Shown piece after piece: positions 48,063 through 56,469 of a stretch of DNA of 64,000 nucleotides. Each line of letters begins with the position of its first letter. The first letter of the stretch is position 1. The stretch comes from Candidatus Obscuribacterales bacterium (GTDB lineage Bacteria; Cyanobacteriota; Vampirovibrionia; Obscuribacterales; Obscuribacteraceae), in the NCBI GenBank assembly GCA_965228855.1, contig CBDDIJ010000003.1, positions 1,920,001-1,984,000 of the forward strand, given 5' to 3'. A program made the position numbers and the translations under genes. The notes beneath the pieces are model-generated. The model ran no database searches and was not told the DNA's origin. It saw nothing but the letters and a program-made list of their open reading frames with translations.

Positions 48063-48804
48063 GAAAGGCTCCACCCGCGGAACTGTTTCCATACTCTTGA
48101 TGGCGGCAATGATTTTTCTTGGAACCCGCTTCCTGGTAAGTTACATAGAGGAAAACTTTCCAGCGTCGAACGCTCCCACAATAGCGTGGAAATCGGTGCC
48201 GGACGTCTTAAAGCGAAACGAGAAAGCGCTCGACGAAGAGACCATCGTTGACGTGAACACTGAAGGGGACGCTGGCAGCGATGCTGGAGGAGATGCCGGC
48301 GACATTGCAACGTCAGCGAAAACCAGTTCCAATAGCGGGGACAACGATAACACGGTAGCGGCAAGCGGTTCCAAACCTGTGGATAAAAACGGTAGTATCC
48401 GAGCCGACAAGAAAACCAAAAAGCGTTTTGCAGTTGAGCGACTCTTCCCTGACAATGTCGACCAGAAGCCGATCTTCTTCTTCTTTGCCGACGAGGGAAG
48501 TATTCTGTCGCAGCGCATGCAAAAACGAACCTTGTCCATCCCTGACATTCGAAACAAGATCAATCGCGAGTTTTATCCCGTAAAAATCAACTTTGATAAA
48601 CCGTTGACAAAAACGGAGTACAAACTTTATCACCAATACGCATCGGCTGCGGCTCCAGCTATAGCGATCAGATCGGCGACCGGTGATAATCTGGCTTACA
48701 ATGTCGGATATTTGAGCGGAGTAAAAACAGTAATCTTGCTGCAGAATGCGATGAACGTCCAGAAAAAACTTGATGAGGGAGGAGAAGCCGAACCGGACTT
48801 ATGA
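48049..48804 (+). CDS. Membrane-anchored thioredoxin-fold-like protein lacking CxxC
   Basis: N-terminal TM; IAW...KPIFFFFAD.GS..SQRM.......I...IN..F.PV.I.FD pattern. Confidence 0.55.
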   Translation: MILTKKGSTRGTVSILLMAAMIFLGTRFLVSYIEENFPASNAPTIAWKSVPDVLKRNEKALDEETIVDVNTEGDAGSDAGGDAGDIATSAKTSSNSGDNDNTVAASGSKPVDKNGSIRADKKTKKRFAVERLFPDNVDQKPIFFFFADEGSILSQRMQKRTLSIPDIRNKINREFYPVKINFDKPLTKTEYKLYHQYASAAAPAIAIRSATGDNLAYNVGYLSGVKTVILLQNAMNVQKKLDEGGEAEPDL

Positions 48805-49415
48805 GTACAGACTCGATATTGCTAACCCCACAATTCCTCAGCGAAGTATCAAGTGAGTTTCAAAATTACCTGAGCGCTTTTCCAGACGAACGCGACAAAC
48901 TAGACATTCTTGCAAAGCAGCTCGGAGAAGAAGACCGAAGACTCTGCGACCGTAAAAATATGACTGGACACTTGACTGCAAGCGCTCTGCTTTTGAACTC
49001 AGATGCAGATGCGATTCTGTTGATTTATCACAACTTCTTGAAATTGTGGCTGCAGCCAGGCGGGCATCTCGACCCCGATGAACTTCCTTTGAATGGTGCG
49101 TTTCGTGAGTTCAGGGAGGAGACAGGAATAGCCAACATCCGGTTGCATCCCTGGCACGAACAGAACAAGATCCCCTTCGACATGGACACCCATGCAATAC
49201 CGGCGAATGAAACGAAGAACGAAGGAAGTCACTTTCATCACGACTTCCAATACTTGATCGAAGTCGACGGCGACGGCTATTCGGATGACGCCATCAAAAT
49301 CGATCTAAATGAGGTCTCGCAATATCGCTGGGTTTCAATCGCTGAACTGATCGAAAAGGACCACGATGACCGGTTGAAACGAGTCGCGGCAAAAATAAAG
49401 AACACCCTCTGCTGA
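48801..49415 (+). CDS. NUDIX hydrolase
   Basis: GHLTASA, WLQPGGH.D......A.RE.REETG, H.H.D..Y. Confidence 0.92.
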   Translation: MSTDSILLTPQFLSEVSSEFQNYLSAFPDERDKLDILAKQLGEEDRRLCDRKNMTGHLTASALLLNSDADAILLIYHNFLKLWLQPGGHLDPDELPLNGAFREFREETGIANIRLHPWHEQNKIPFDMDTHAIPANETKNEGSHFHHDFQYLIEVDGDGYSDDAIKIDLNEVSQYRWVSIAELIEKDHDDRLKRVAAKIKNTLC

Positions 49416-49539
49416 TCGCCTGACATCAACATAACGTAGCGAAAAGCTCAATCTCGCTTGTCATATGGTAAAGTATACGTTGAATACCAGGTGAGTTGCC
49501 TTCGGGCATCGTTCACTGCATGACCTAAGAGGTGACAAA

Positions 49540-49896
49540 ATGGCCGAAACAACGACCACTAGCCCCGAAACCACGACAATCGTTTCACTGACCGAATCGG
49601 CGGCTGAAGAAGTAAAAAGACTTCTCACGGAAGAGCCTGACAAAGAAGGTCTGAGACTCGAAATCCGCGGTGGCGGCTGCTCCGGAATGTCGTATGGTCT
49701 GAGCTTCGATAAAGCACAAGAGAAAGACCACATTATCGAACAGCATGGCGTCAAAGTCTTCGTCGATCCGAAGAGCGCTATCTACCTGAAGGGCACTTTG
49801 CTCGACTTCGAACAAGGTCTCCAGGGCAAAGGTTTTGTGATCAAGAATCCGCAGTCGAAAGGCAATTGCGGATGCGGTCAATCCTTCTCGGTCTAG
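49540..49896 (+). CDS. iscA: A-type Fe-S cluster carrier (IscA/ErpA/HesB)
   Basis: GGGCSG..Y and C-terminal NP....CGCG.SF. Confidence 0.92.
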   Translation: MAETTTTSPETTTIVSLTESAAEEVKRLLTEEPDKEGLRLEIRGGGCSGMSYGLSFDKAQEKDHIIEQHGVKVFVDPKSAIYLKGTLLDFEQGLQGKGFVIKNPQSKGNCGCGQSFSV

Positions 49897-50027
49897 TCTT
49901 TACCGGCTAGCCGAACGCCCGCCAGTCAGAAATCGCGGCAATCTCGCCGTCATAAGCGCGCACGATGCTCACCCTCAAGGCGAATCGGCGCGCTTTCTGT
50001 TTCCAATCACTAATGAAAGCGCCTCAC

Positions 50028-51764
50028 ATGACAGTAACAACGAACACCGCTGACGATACCACAATGCTTAGAACCAGAGGCGGCTGGAGCGCTGTCGACC
50101 TCTCCTACATTCGCGTTCACGGTCCTGATGCAAGACGATACTTGCAGGCGCAGACGACTAACGACTTGAACAGTCTTAAGGAGTGGGGCTCGCAGAATAG
50201 CAGCCTCATAGATCGCAAAGCACGCCCCGTAGGCTGCTACAAACTGTTCAATCTGGGCAACGAATTCGTCATCATATGTGATACCAACCAGGCAAACGCA
50301 ATTCTCGAGCATTTAGAGAAGTATAAATTTGCAGACAAAGTCAACTTCGATTTGGTTTCAGACCCGAAGTTTCTGACAGTTCAGGGACGAGCAAGCAGAG
50401 CCGTTCTGGACTCATGCCTGACCGTCGACGATGGGGAAAGTAAACGCGATCTGTTTAACAGAGACTACTACGCTGGAAAAATCGCAAATTCGCAGATCGA
50501 AGTTTTTCGATACAGCCTGACAGGCGAGGAAGGTTTTCTCGTAAAAATTGAGGAGAAGAATTATGCTGCCGTTCATGATGCCCTTGCCGCAGCCGCAGCC
50601 AAATTCGAAATAAAACCACTCACGCAGTCAGTTCTAGAGTGCGCACGCATAGAAGCAGGTCTGTCGAAACTGGGGACAGACTTCAGCAGTGAAAACCTTC
50701 TGGCAGAAACAAATCTGGATGAGTCGACAGTAAGCTACAACAAAGGCTGCTTTCAGGGGCAGGAAGTTCTGGCGCGCATTAAAGGACAGGGCTCTCCGAG
50801 CCGTTCCATAGTCGGTCTGATTCTAGAGCCACCACCGGCGACACCGTTTTCATTTGACACCCCAATAGAACTGGGTAAGGAAATAATCGGCTGGATCAAG
50901 TCGAATTGTTATTCTGAATTCTTGAAGCGGTATATCGCCATCGCCATGCTCAAACGTGACTATCGCACACCAGGCAAGAGTTTCCAAACCGTAATCGACG
51001 GCAAGGAATTGACGGTCAGGGTTGAAACATTGCCGTTTTTCACCGCGGAGTCACCATCTGTAGTAGCACGACAGCTGTACGAACAGGCGTTATCTGTTTT
51101 CGCAGAAGAAGATGAGACAAAAACAGAAACACAGGATTGGCAGTCAATAAAGCTCTTGCGCGAAGCGGTCCTTCTGGACCCGCTATTCGAAGACGCATAC
51201 GAGTCCCTGGGCGTAATTTTGAACCGGCGCGGAGCTACAGACGAAGCCATCGAAGTTATGCTTCACCTGGCGAAACTCAATCCTGACTCGGCAATGGCAC
51301 ACACTAACCTGTCAGTGTTCTACGTGGAGAAAGGGTGGAAAGAGAAAGCCGAAGAGGAGATGGCAATTTCTATGAGCATCCGCATGAGAGAGGCGGCCGC
51401 GCAATTCTCGAAAGACAAGGAGGCCGAGGAAGAACGCAAAAAACAACAGGCGGAGACAATACAACGCATGTCGATGTTCGAACAAGTGTTGGAAATAGAT
51501 CCGGAGGACCAACTTGCGAATTACGGATACGGAGATTGCCTCGTCGCTCTCGACCGGTTTGAAGAAGCCGTTCCTCATCTTGAAAAAGCCATCCGATTGA
51601 AACCGTCGCATAGCGTCGCATACGTTTCCCTCGGAAAAGCTTACGAAGGTCTCAACCGCATAGATGATGCGAAAGCGACCTACATAGCAGGAATCGATGC
51701 AGCAGCTAAACGCGGGGACGGTGAGCCCATGAAGAAGATGAAAGACAGGCTCAACCAACTTTAG
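50028..51764 (+). CDS. ygfZ: YgfZ/GcvT-like folate-binding protein fused to C-terminal TPRs
   Basis: G.DA..YLQ.QTTND, RIEAG, KGCFQGQE signature, then TPR repeats. Confidence 0.85.
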   Translation: MTVTTNTADDTTMLRTRGGWSAVDLSYIRVHGPDARRYLQAQTTNDLNSLKEWGSQNSSLIDRKARPVGCYKLFNLGNEFVIICDTNQANAILEHLEKYKFADKVNFDLVSDPKFLTVQGRASRAVLDSCLTVDDGESKRDLFNRDYYAGKIANSQIEVFRYSLTGEEGFLVKIEEKNYAAVHDALAAAAAKFEIKPLTQSVLECARIEAGLSKLGTDFSSENLLAETNLDESTVSYNKGCFQGQEVLARIKGQGSPSRSIVGLILEPPPATPFSFDTPIELGKEIIGWIKSNCYSEFLKRYIAIAMLKRDYRTPGKSFQTVIDGKELTVRVETLPFFTAESPSVVARQLYEQALSVFAEEDETKTETQDWQSIKLLREAVLLDPLFEDAYESLGVILNRRGATDEAIEVMLHLAKLNPDSAMAHTNLSVFYVEKGWKEKAEEEMAISMSIRMREAAAQFSKDKEAEEERKKQQAETIQRMSMFEQVLEIDPEDQLANYGYGDCLVALDRFEEAVPHLEKAIRLKPSHSVAYVSLGKAYEGLNRIDDAKATYIAGIDAAAKRGDGEPMKKMKDRLNQL

Positions 51765-51942
51765 TCGTTTGCCGCCATTTAATTCTATCGACTACGTATT
51801 TTTCCCACTGACAGCGCAATCATTCCAGGCGACAATATCAAAACTTATAGCTGGGAAATTTCTCATTACCATTACCCAGCGTGCATCGCTGCACTGATAA
51901 CTAAACATAATCGCGTTCCGCGCGAACCACGAGGGTTTTGCC

Positions 51943-52833
51943 ATGCCAAACCAGGGTGACGGTGTCCAGGAGAAGGGTAAGACGATTGCGGCGGCTTTCG
52001 AAAAAGGCGTAGCCGATCCGAATCACGACATGAGACCCGCAATTCAAGCATTGCAGGATGCCGCGCGAGGCAACCCGCAGGAGTTTAAGCAGACAATTGC
52101 CGTAGCGAACCAATTGCTCGATAACAGCGCAAATCCGAACGTCAAAAAGTTTTTCGGCAACATGGACTTGATCGAAGGCACCGACAGTAAAGGTCTGCGA
52201 TTACAGCGCAGAGACGGCGCTCAGTTCGTCATGAGTGACAATGGAAAAGCTACCCAGGTCGGCACCGGCGCGAGCATGGATGCCACGCACAAAGACGCTC
52301 AGGGCAACCGAGTCGAGAAGGGCACTACCGCAGATGGTCTCACGAAAGAGCGTATTACGAGTGCCGACGGCAGCGCGAGCGTTGAGAAGTATACGGACAA
52401 ACAAGGACAGCACTGGGAGATCGAAAAGCACAAGCAGGCAGACGGCACCTTGAGACCTACGAAAGTCACGCTGCCCGACGGATCTACGATGAAATTCGAA
52501 TGGAATAGAGAAAGTGGAACTTCGGGAACGCTTTATCCCACCAGAATGACGGAATTGAATGCCGGTGGAAGGGTCGTTCGTGATTATCAAATGCAACCGT
52601 TGAAGAGCGTCGAGGGACGCTACGACACGTCCGCTTGGGAGCGCAAAGCAGGCAGCGAGCCGGCAGATAAGGAATTTCGCGGTACTTTGAACGTGGATTC
52701 CAACGGCAATACGAATTTTACGTTCCGAAACCCACTTCTCATCGAAAAGATCAACGCTGATGGCAATACCAGCAAGAATGGAGTGGACAAAAATCTGAAA
52801 CGAATTGAAGAGCACCACCGCCGGACTCGGTAA
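51943..52833 (+). CDS. Hypothetical protein with beta-hairpin-rich (RHS/YD-like) C-terminus
   Basis: 296 aa; repeated xDG turns (VTLPDGSTM.F.W). Confidence 0.65.
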   Translation: MPNQGDGVQEKGKTIAAAFEKGVADPNHDMRPAIQALQDAARGNPQEFKQTIAVANQLLDNSANPNVKKFFGNMDLIEGTDSKGLRLQRRDGAQFVMSDNGKATQVGTGASMDATHKDAQGNRVEKGTTADGLTKERITSADGSASVEKYTDKQGQHWEIEKHKQADGTLRPTKVTLPDGSTMKFEWNRESGTSGTLYPTRMTELNAGGRVVRDYQMQPLKSVEGRYDTSAWERKAGSEPADKEFRGTLNVDSNGNTNFTFRNPLLIEKINADGNTSKNGVDKNLKRIEEHHRRTR

Positions 52834-52937
52834 GCCAAGAACGGTCTTTGGAACGTGAATAGATGATAAACGTTGGAGATTCTCGCTGATCTCCGGCGTT
52901 TAATGGGTAAATAGACTAAGATCGAGATACCACCGAG

Positions 52938-53615
52938 GTGTCCTTGATGACAATGATTCGGACATTGAAACTTTCCGCGTTGAACGCGGCATCTATTGCG
53001 GTCGCGTTTGTTTCGACAAACGTGATACTGCAGCCGGCTTCAGCGGCTCTTACTGAAAGCACTACGGCGCAAGTAGAGAAAACATCGTCACTGCCGAGCG
53101 GAAGTCTGGTCAATGCGACCAAAGAATCGCCACCTACAATGGCTGATCCAATGGCCGATATTCCGGCAGAAACACCGGTAGTTGAACCAACTGTTGTGAA
53201 ACCGCTTCCAGCGGCGAGTACAACCGGACCAGCCAAGGCTGCGGTGAAAACACCGGCTAAGCCAGTTTCACAACTAGACCAGCTCAAGACCCTTTACAGA
53301 GCAGGAAAGTATCGCGATGCGCTTGCCTTAATCGCGAAGATGAAACAGTCCGAACTGACGCATTATTACACTGGTCTCTGTTATCAGGGACAGGGACAGC
53401 TAGCTCAGGCTGCGCAGGAGTTCAGCTTCACAGCATCGATTGCCAGAGATCCGCAACTCAAATACAACGCCCAGGTGGCGCAGCGTGCGGTGGCAGCTTA
53501 TGCAAGCAACAGAACGTACAAAGGACAGGGTAACTTCTTCGCAAAGACAGTGTCCGTTCCTAGACCGAGTGGTAGCGCCAGTGGTGCCGGTAGCTGCGGC
53601 CCACGACGTGCGTGA
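52938..53615 (+). CDS. Secreted TPR-like protein
   Basis: Signal peptide, Pro/Ala linker, HYYTGLCYQ.QG....A..EF TPR. Confidence 0.7.
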   Translation: MSLMTMIRTLKLSALNAASIAVAFVSTNVILQPASAALTESTTAQVEKTSSLPSGSLVNATKESPPTMADPMADIPAETPVVEPTVVKPLPAASTTGPAKAAVKTPAKPVSQLDQLKTLYRAGKYRDALALIAKMKQSELTHYYTGLCYQGQGQLAQAAQEFSFTASIARDPQLKYNAQVAQRAVAAYASNRTYKGQGNFFAKTVSVPRPSGSASGAGSCGPRRA

Positions 53616-53763
53616 GGAAGATAACTCAGAAGATCAGGTTGGTCTTCAAAATCTCTGAAAGTGACTCTAAAACCGAAATTCTCAATCAAGTATTGACACA
53701 GCTTCGCTCAAAGCGCTATTAAAGGTCAATCTAGTCTTCTCCGGGAAATTATCAGGAACAGAT

Positions 53764-54546
53764 ATGCGTAACCACCTCATCATCTCGTTGCTCGCAGTCT
53801 TTGCACTTTGCGGTTGCGACAACCCGGAAGACTTCAGTCATCCGGAGAATCCAAAGAAGCCTGGAGAGATTACGGTGAAACCGACTTCGCCTTCACCAGC
53901 CAATGATGCATCTCAAGCGCCTGCGCCGGTAACGCCACTTCCGGAAGATAGTCCGGGTCCAAGAGACACTTCGGGAGTGAAAACCGGCGATGCTGAAATT
54001 GCCGGTGAGTTTGATAGCGTTAATTCGTCCGCATCATTGGAAACCGAGATAACGATAGGATCTCCTGCAAAGGTGACAATCGAGGCTAGCGAAAAGAGTT
54101 TCAACGATATAAAGCTCGAAGTTAAAGACACCACCCTTAATATCACGACAACGCCCGGTTTTAATGCGACGGTCGCCAAGATAAATATCACGGCGCCAAA
54201 AATCACGAACATAACAACCTCCGGCGCGGCTCTTGTGAAGTTGATTGGCGCTAACGGGCCGACGTTGAATATAAGTGCAAATGACAATAGTTCGGTAGAT
54301 GGTTACGGTGCCGTAGACAGTATCAATGTCACCGCTAACGGTGCTTGCTGCGTGCGAATGAAAGGTTTAGTCGCCAAGGTCGGCAATGTGACCAGCAACG
54401 GCAAATGCGCGGTCGAGGTGAAGACGACCGAAGAAATCAACGCGACATCAAGCGATGGTTCAGTTATCAACGTGGCTGGGCTGCCTCGCAAAGTCAACAA
54501 GCACAAAACCGATCGAAGCTTTATCAACCTCAACAACGAAAGATAG
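53764..54546 (+). CDS. Lipoprotein with GIN/DUF2807 beta-helix domain
   Basis: Lipobox LCGC; repetitive I.(A/S)SG...V beta-solenoid; terminal V.G.P. Confidence 0.75.
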   Translation: MRNHLIISLLAVFALCGCDNPEDFSHPENPKKPGEITVKPTSPSPANDASQAPAPVTPLPEDSPGPRDTSGVKTGDAEIAGEFDSVNSSASLETEITIGSPAKVTIEASEKSFNDIKLEVKDTTLNITTTPGFNATVAKINITAPKITNITTSGAALVKLIGANGPTLNISANDNSSVDGYGAVDSINVTANGACCVRMKGLVAKVGNVTSNGKCAVEVKTTEEINATSSDGSVINVAGLPRKVNKHKTDRSFINLNNER

Positions 54547-54596
54547 GTAAGGGTATCGATACTGGTATCGAAGAAACGACTGCGCTGAACGAGAAC

Positions 54597-55637
54597 TTAG
54601 TTGGTGGTCTGACCTGGAGTAGCCGCGACCTGGGCTGGGTCTTCCACTCGGAACCCCTGGGTGCCGTTGCGCGCATTCAAAATTGCCGCCATTTTCGAAA
54701 CATCACCAAGGATTCGACGTTCTCTGACGCCGCTGTTGGCTTGACGCAAATCAGTCATCAGATCGTTATGCATCAAAATGCTGTGGACAGAGATTTCACT
54801 AATTGCCAGATGCGAATTCTCGACAACCTTGAATCCGCGCCTGGCAAGCCCATCTTTGGGACGCAGGTCTCGGCGTGACAGCTTCTTCTCACCGGCGACG
54901 ATTTCAGAGCCAGCAGCCAGAGCCAGAATTACCGGCTTATCGAACAAACCTTTTCGGTCGAACTTAGCTTTTATAGTTTTGCCGGTTCCATCCAGATTGG
55001 CGACACGCAAAACTCCCTTCTCGAGCCGCGCGAGGACGTCCCCATTGGACGCAATGGCGACCGTGCCGAAAGACGTTTTGATAACGGCTTGCTTTGATGG
55101 TTTTTTGACCGACACTAAAATCTCGCCGTGATCGAATTTCACTATGTACTCGTTCTGCTTGTTGAACCGCGAACCCTCGATCCACTTCACCGTGATGCCC
55201 GAGGTCGGTCCGCCCAATTCGTCGTCCTGAGGAAACTCCATGCTTTTGAGCATGACCGCCCCGTCGAGAGCTTTTTGATTGAACACTAAGTCCAATGGCG
55301 ACGTATTTCCGGGGAACGAATTGAGATTGCTCTGCAGGTCGGTCTGCACTAAAACAGGATTGAAAAACGGCCGGGCAGGAGTTACTACGACCGGTTTCGA
55401 CTCTGGCTGCGGCGGCGGTGTCACCACCGGGGGCGGAAAGAAAACCGGATGATTTCGTCCCTCGCCACCACCTCGTGGACCGCCTCCTTCGTAGCCTCCC
55501 TCACCGCCCTGTGGTTGAGCATTCGCACAAAGGGGGGTGAAAGACAAGACGAAAACAGCGAGCGAGACGCCTAGCGTTCGGCTGACAAGGTAATCTGATG
55601 AAGCGCGGCTCATTGAACCAATTCTCCGTTGTGACAC
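54597..55637 (-). CDS. Secreted hypothetical protein, FecR-like beta domain
   Basis: Signal-like segment, Gly/Pro linker, GEILV...I.T.FG.V.I...G pattern. Confidence 0.6.
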   Translation of the reverse strand: MSQRRIGSMSRASSDYLVSRTLGVSLAVFVLSFTPLCANAQPQGGEGGYEGGGPRGGGEGRNHPVFFPPPVVTPPPQPESKPVVVTPARPFFNPVLVQTDLQSNLNSFPGNTSPLDLVFNQKALDGAVMLKSMEFPQDDELGGPTSGITVKWIEGSRFNKQNEYIVKFDHGEILVSVKKPSKQAVIKTSFGTVAIASNGDVLARLEKGVLRVANLDGTGKTIKAKFDRKGLFDKPVILALAAGSEIVAGEKKLSRRDLRPKDGLARRGFKVVENSHLAISEISVHSILMHNDLMTDLRQANSGVRERRILGDVSKMAAILNARNGTQGFRVEDPAQVAATPGQTTN

Positions 55638-55798
55638 CGTCCGGAGTTCCCAATCGACGTAATTGTCGAAACCGTCCGAGTTTACCAGCTATTTGCAAGC
55701 TAAAATCAGCGATTGAAAAATTGCAACATTAAGAGGAGCCAATGAAAGCCGGTTACCGCACCGGATGTGGTGACAAGCAACCTCGAAAAGTGGCACAA

Positions 55799-56458
55799 CT
55801 ACTCACCGGCAAGCTGCCTGACGCGCATGGAAAACATCCCATTAGACTCACGATAAAGAACTTTTCCTCTATCGTCGAGATAAACGAAAGTAGGGTAACG
55901 ATCAACACCGTATTGATCAGCAAGACCTTTATTGCGCTCAGCATTCACACGCTCAAAGTCCATTTTGTCACGGTATTTCGCAGCTGTGCTCTCGAACTGC
56001 GGGACAAAAGCGTGGCAAGCCACGCACCAATCGGTTTCAAACATAATCACCTTGCAGCGACCATACTTCTTCGGCAGAGAAGCCGTCTCCGAAGCGGGCT
56101 CAGGGACGGGCGTCTTCGCGGCGGAATTGGAGCCGCTTGACGCGGGGAGCGAATTCAACGCAGCCTTAGCACGAGTTCGCTGCGACGCGTCTTTTGAACT
56201 GCTCACCACGTACTGGAAATGCTGACGTGCCGGGCCAAAATGTTTCAGGCTTTGATAGCAAAATCCGAGATACAGGTGAGCAGTCGCATCATAGGGCTTC
56301 TCGACTATAGCCTTCTCAAAATGGGAAAGCGCCTGTCGCAGATCTCCTTTGTTGTATGCTGCGACCCCTTGAGTCAGCGCTGTCGAATCGGCGAAACACG
56401 GGGGAAACGTGAATAACGTCGCCAGTGCGAAAACCTGACAAATGGTCCTGCCGCTCAT
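55799..56458 (-). CDS. Secreted TPR + thioredoxin-domain protein
   Basis: Signal peptide, TPR, WCVAC active site, YPT cis-Pro loop. Confidence 0.85.
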   Translation of the reverse strand: MSGRTICQVFALATLFTFPPCFADSTALTQGVAAYNKGDLRQALSHFEKAIVEKPYDATAHLYLGFCYQSLKHFGPARQHFQYVVSSSKDASQRTRAKAALNSLPASSGSNSAAKTPVPEPASETASLPKKYGRCKVIMFETDWCVACHAFVPQFESTAAKYRDKMDFERVNAERNKGLADQYGVDRYPTFVYLDDRGKVLYRESNGMFSMRVRQLAGE

Positions 56459-56469
56459 TATCTTGCCAC

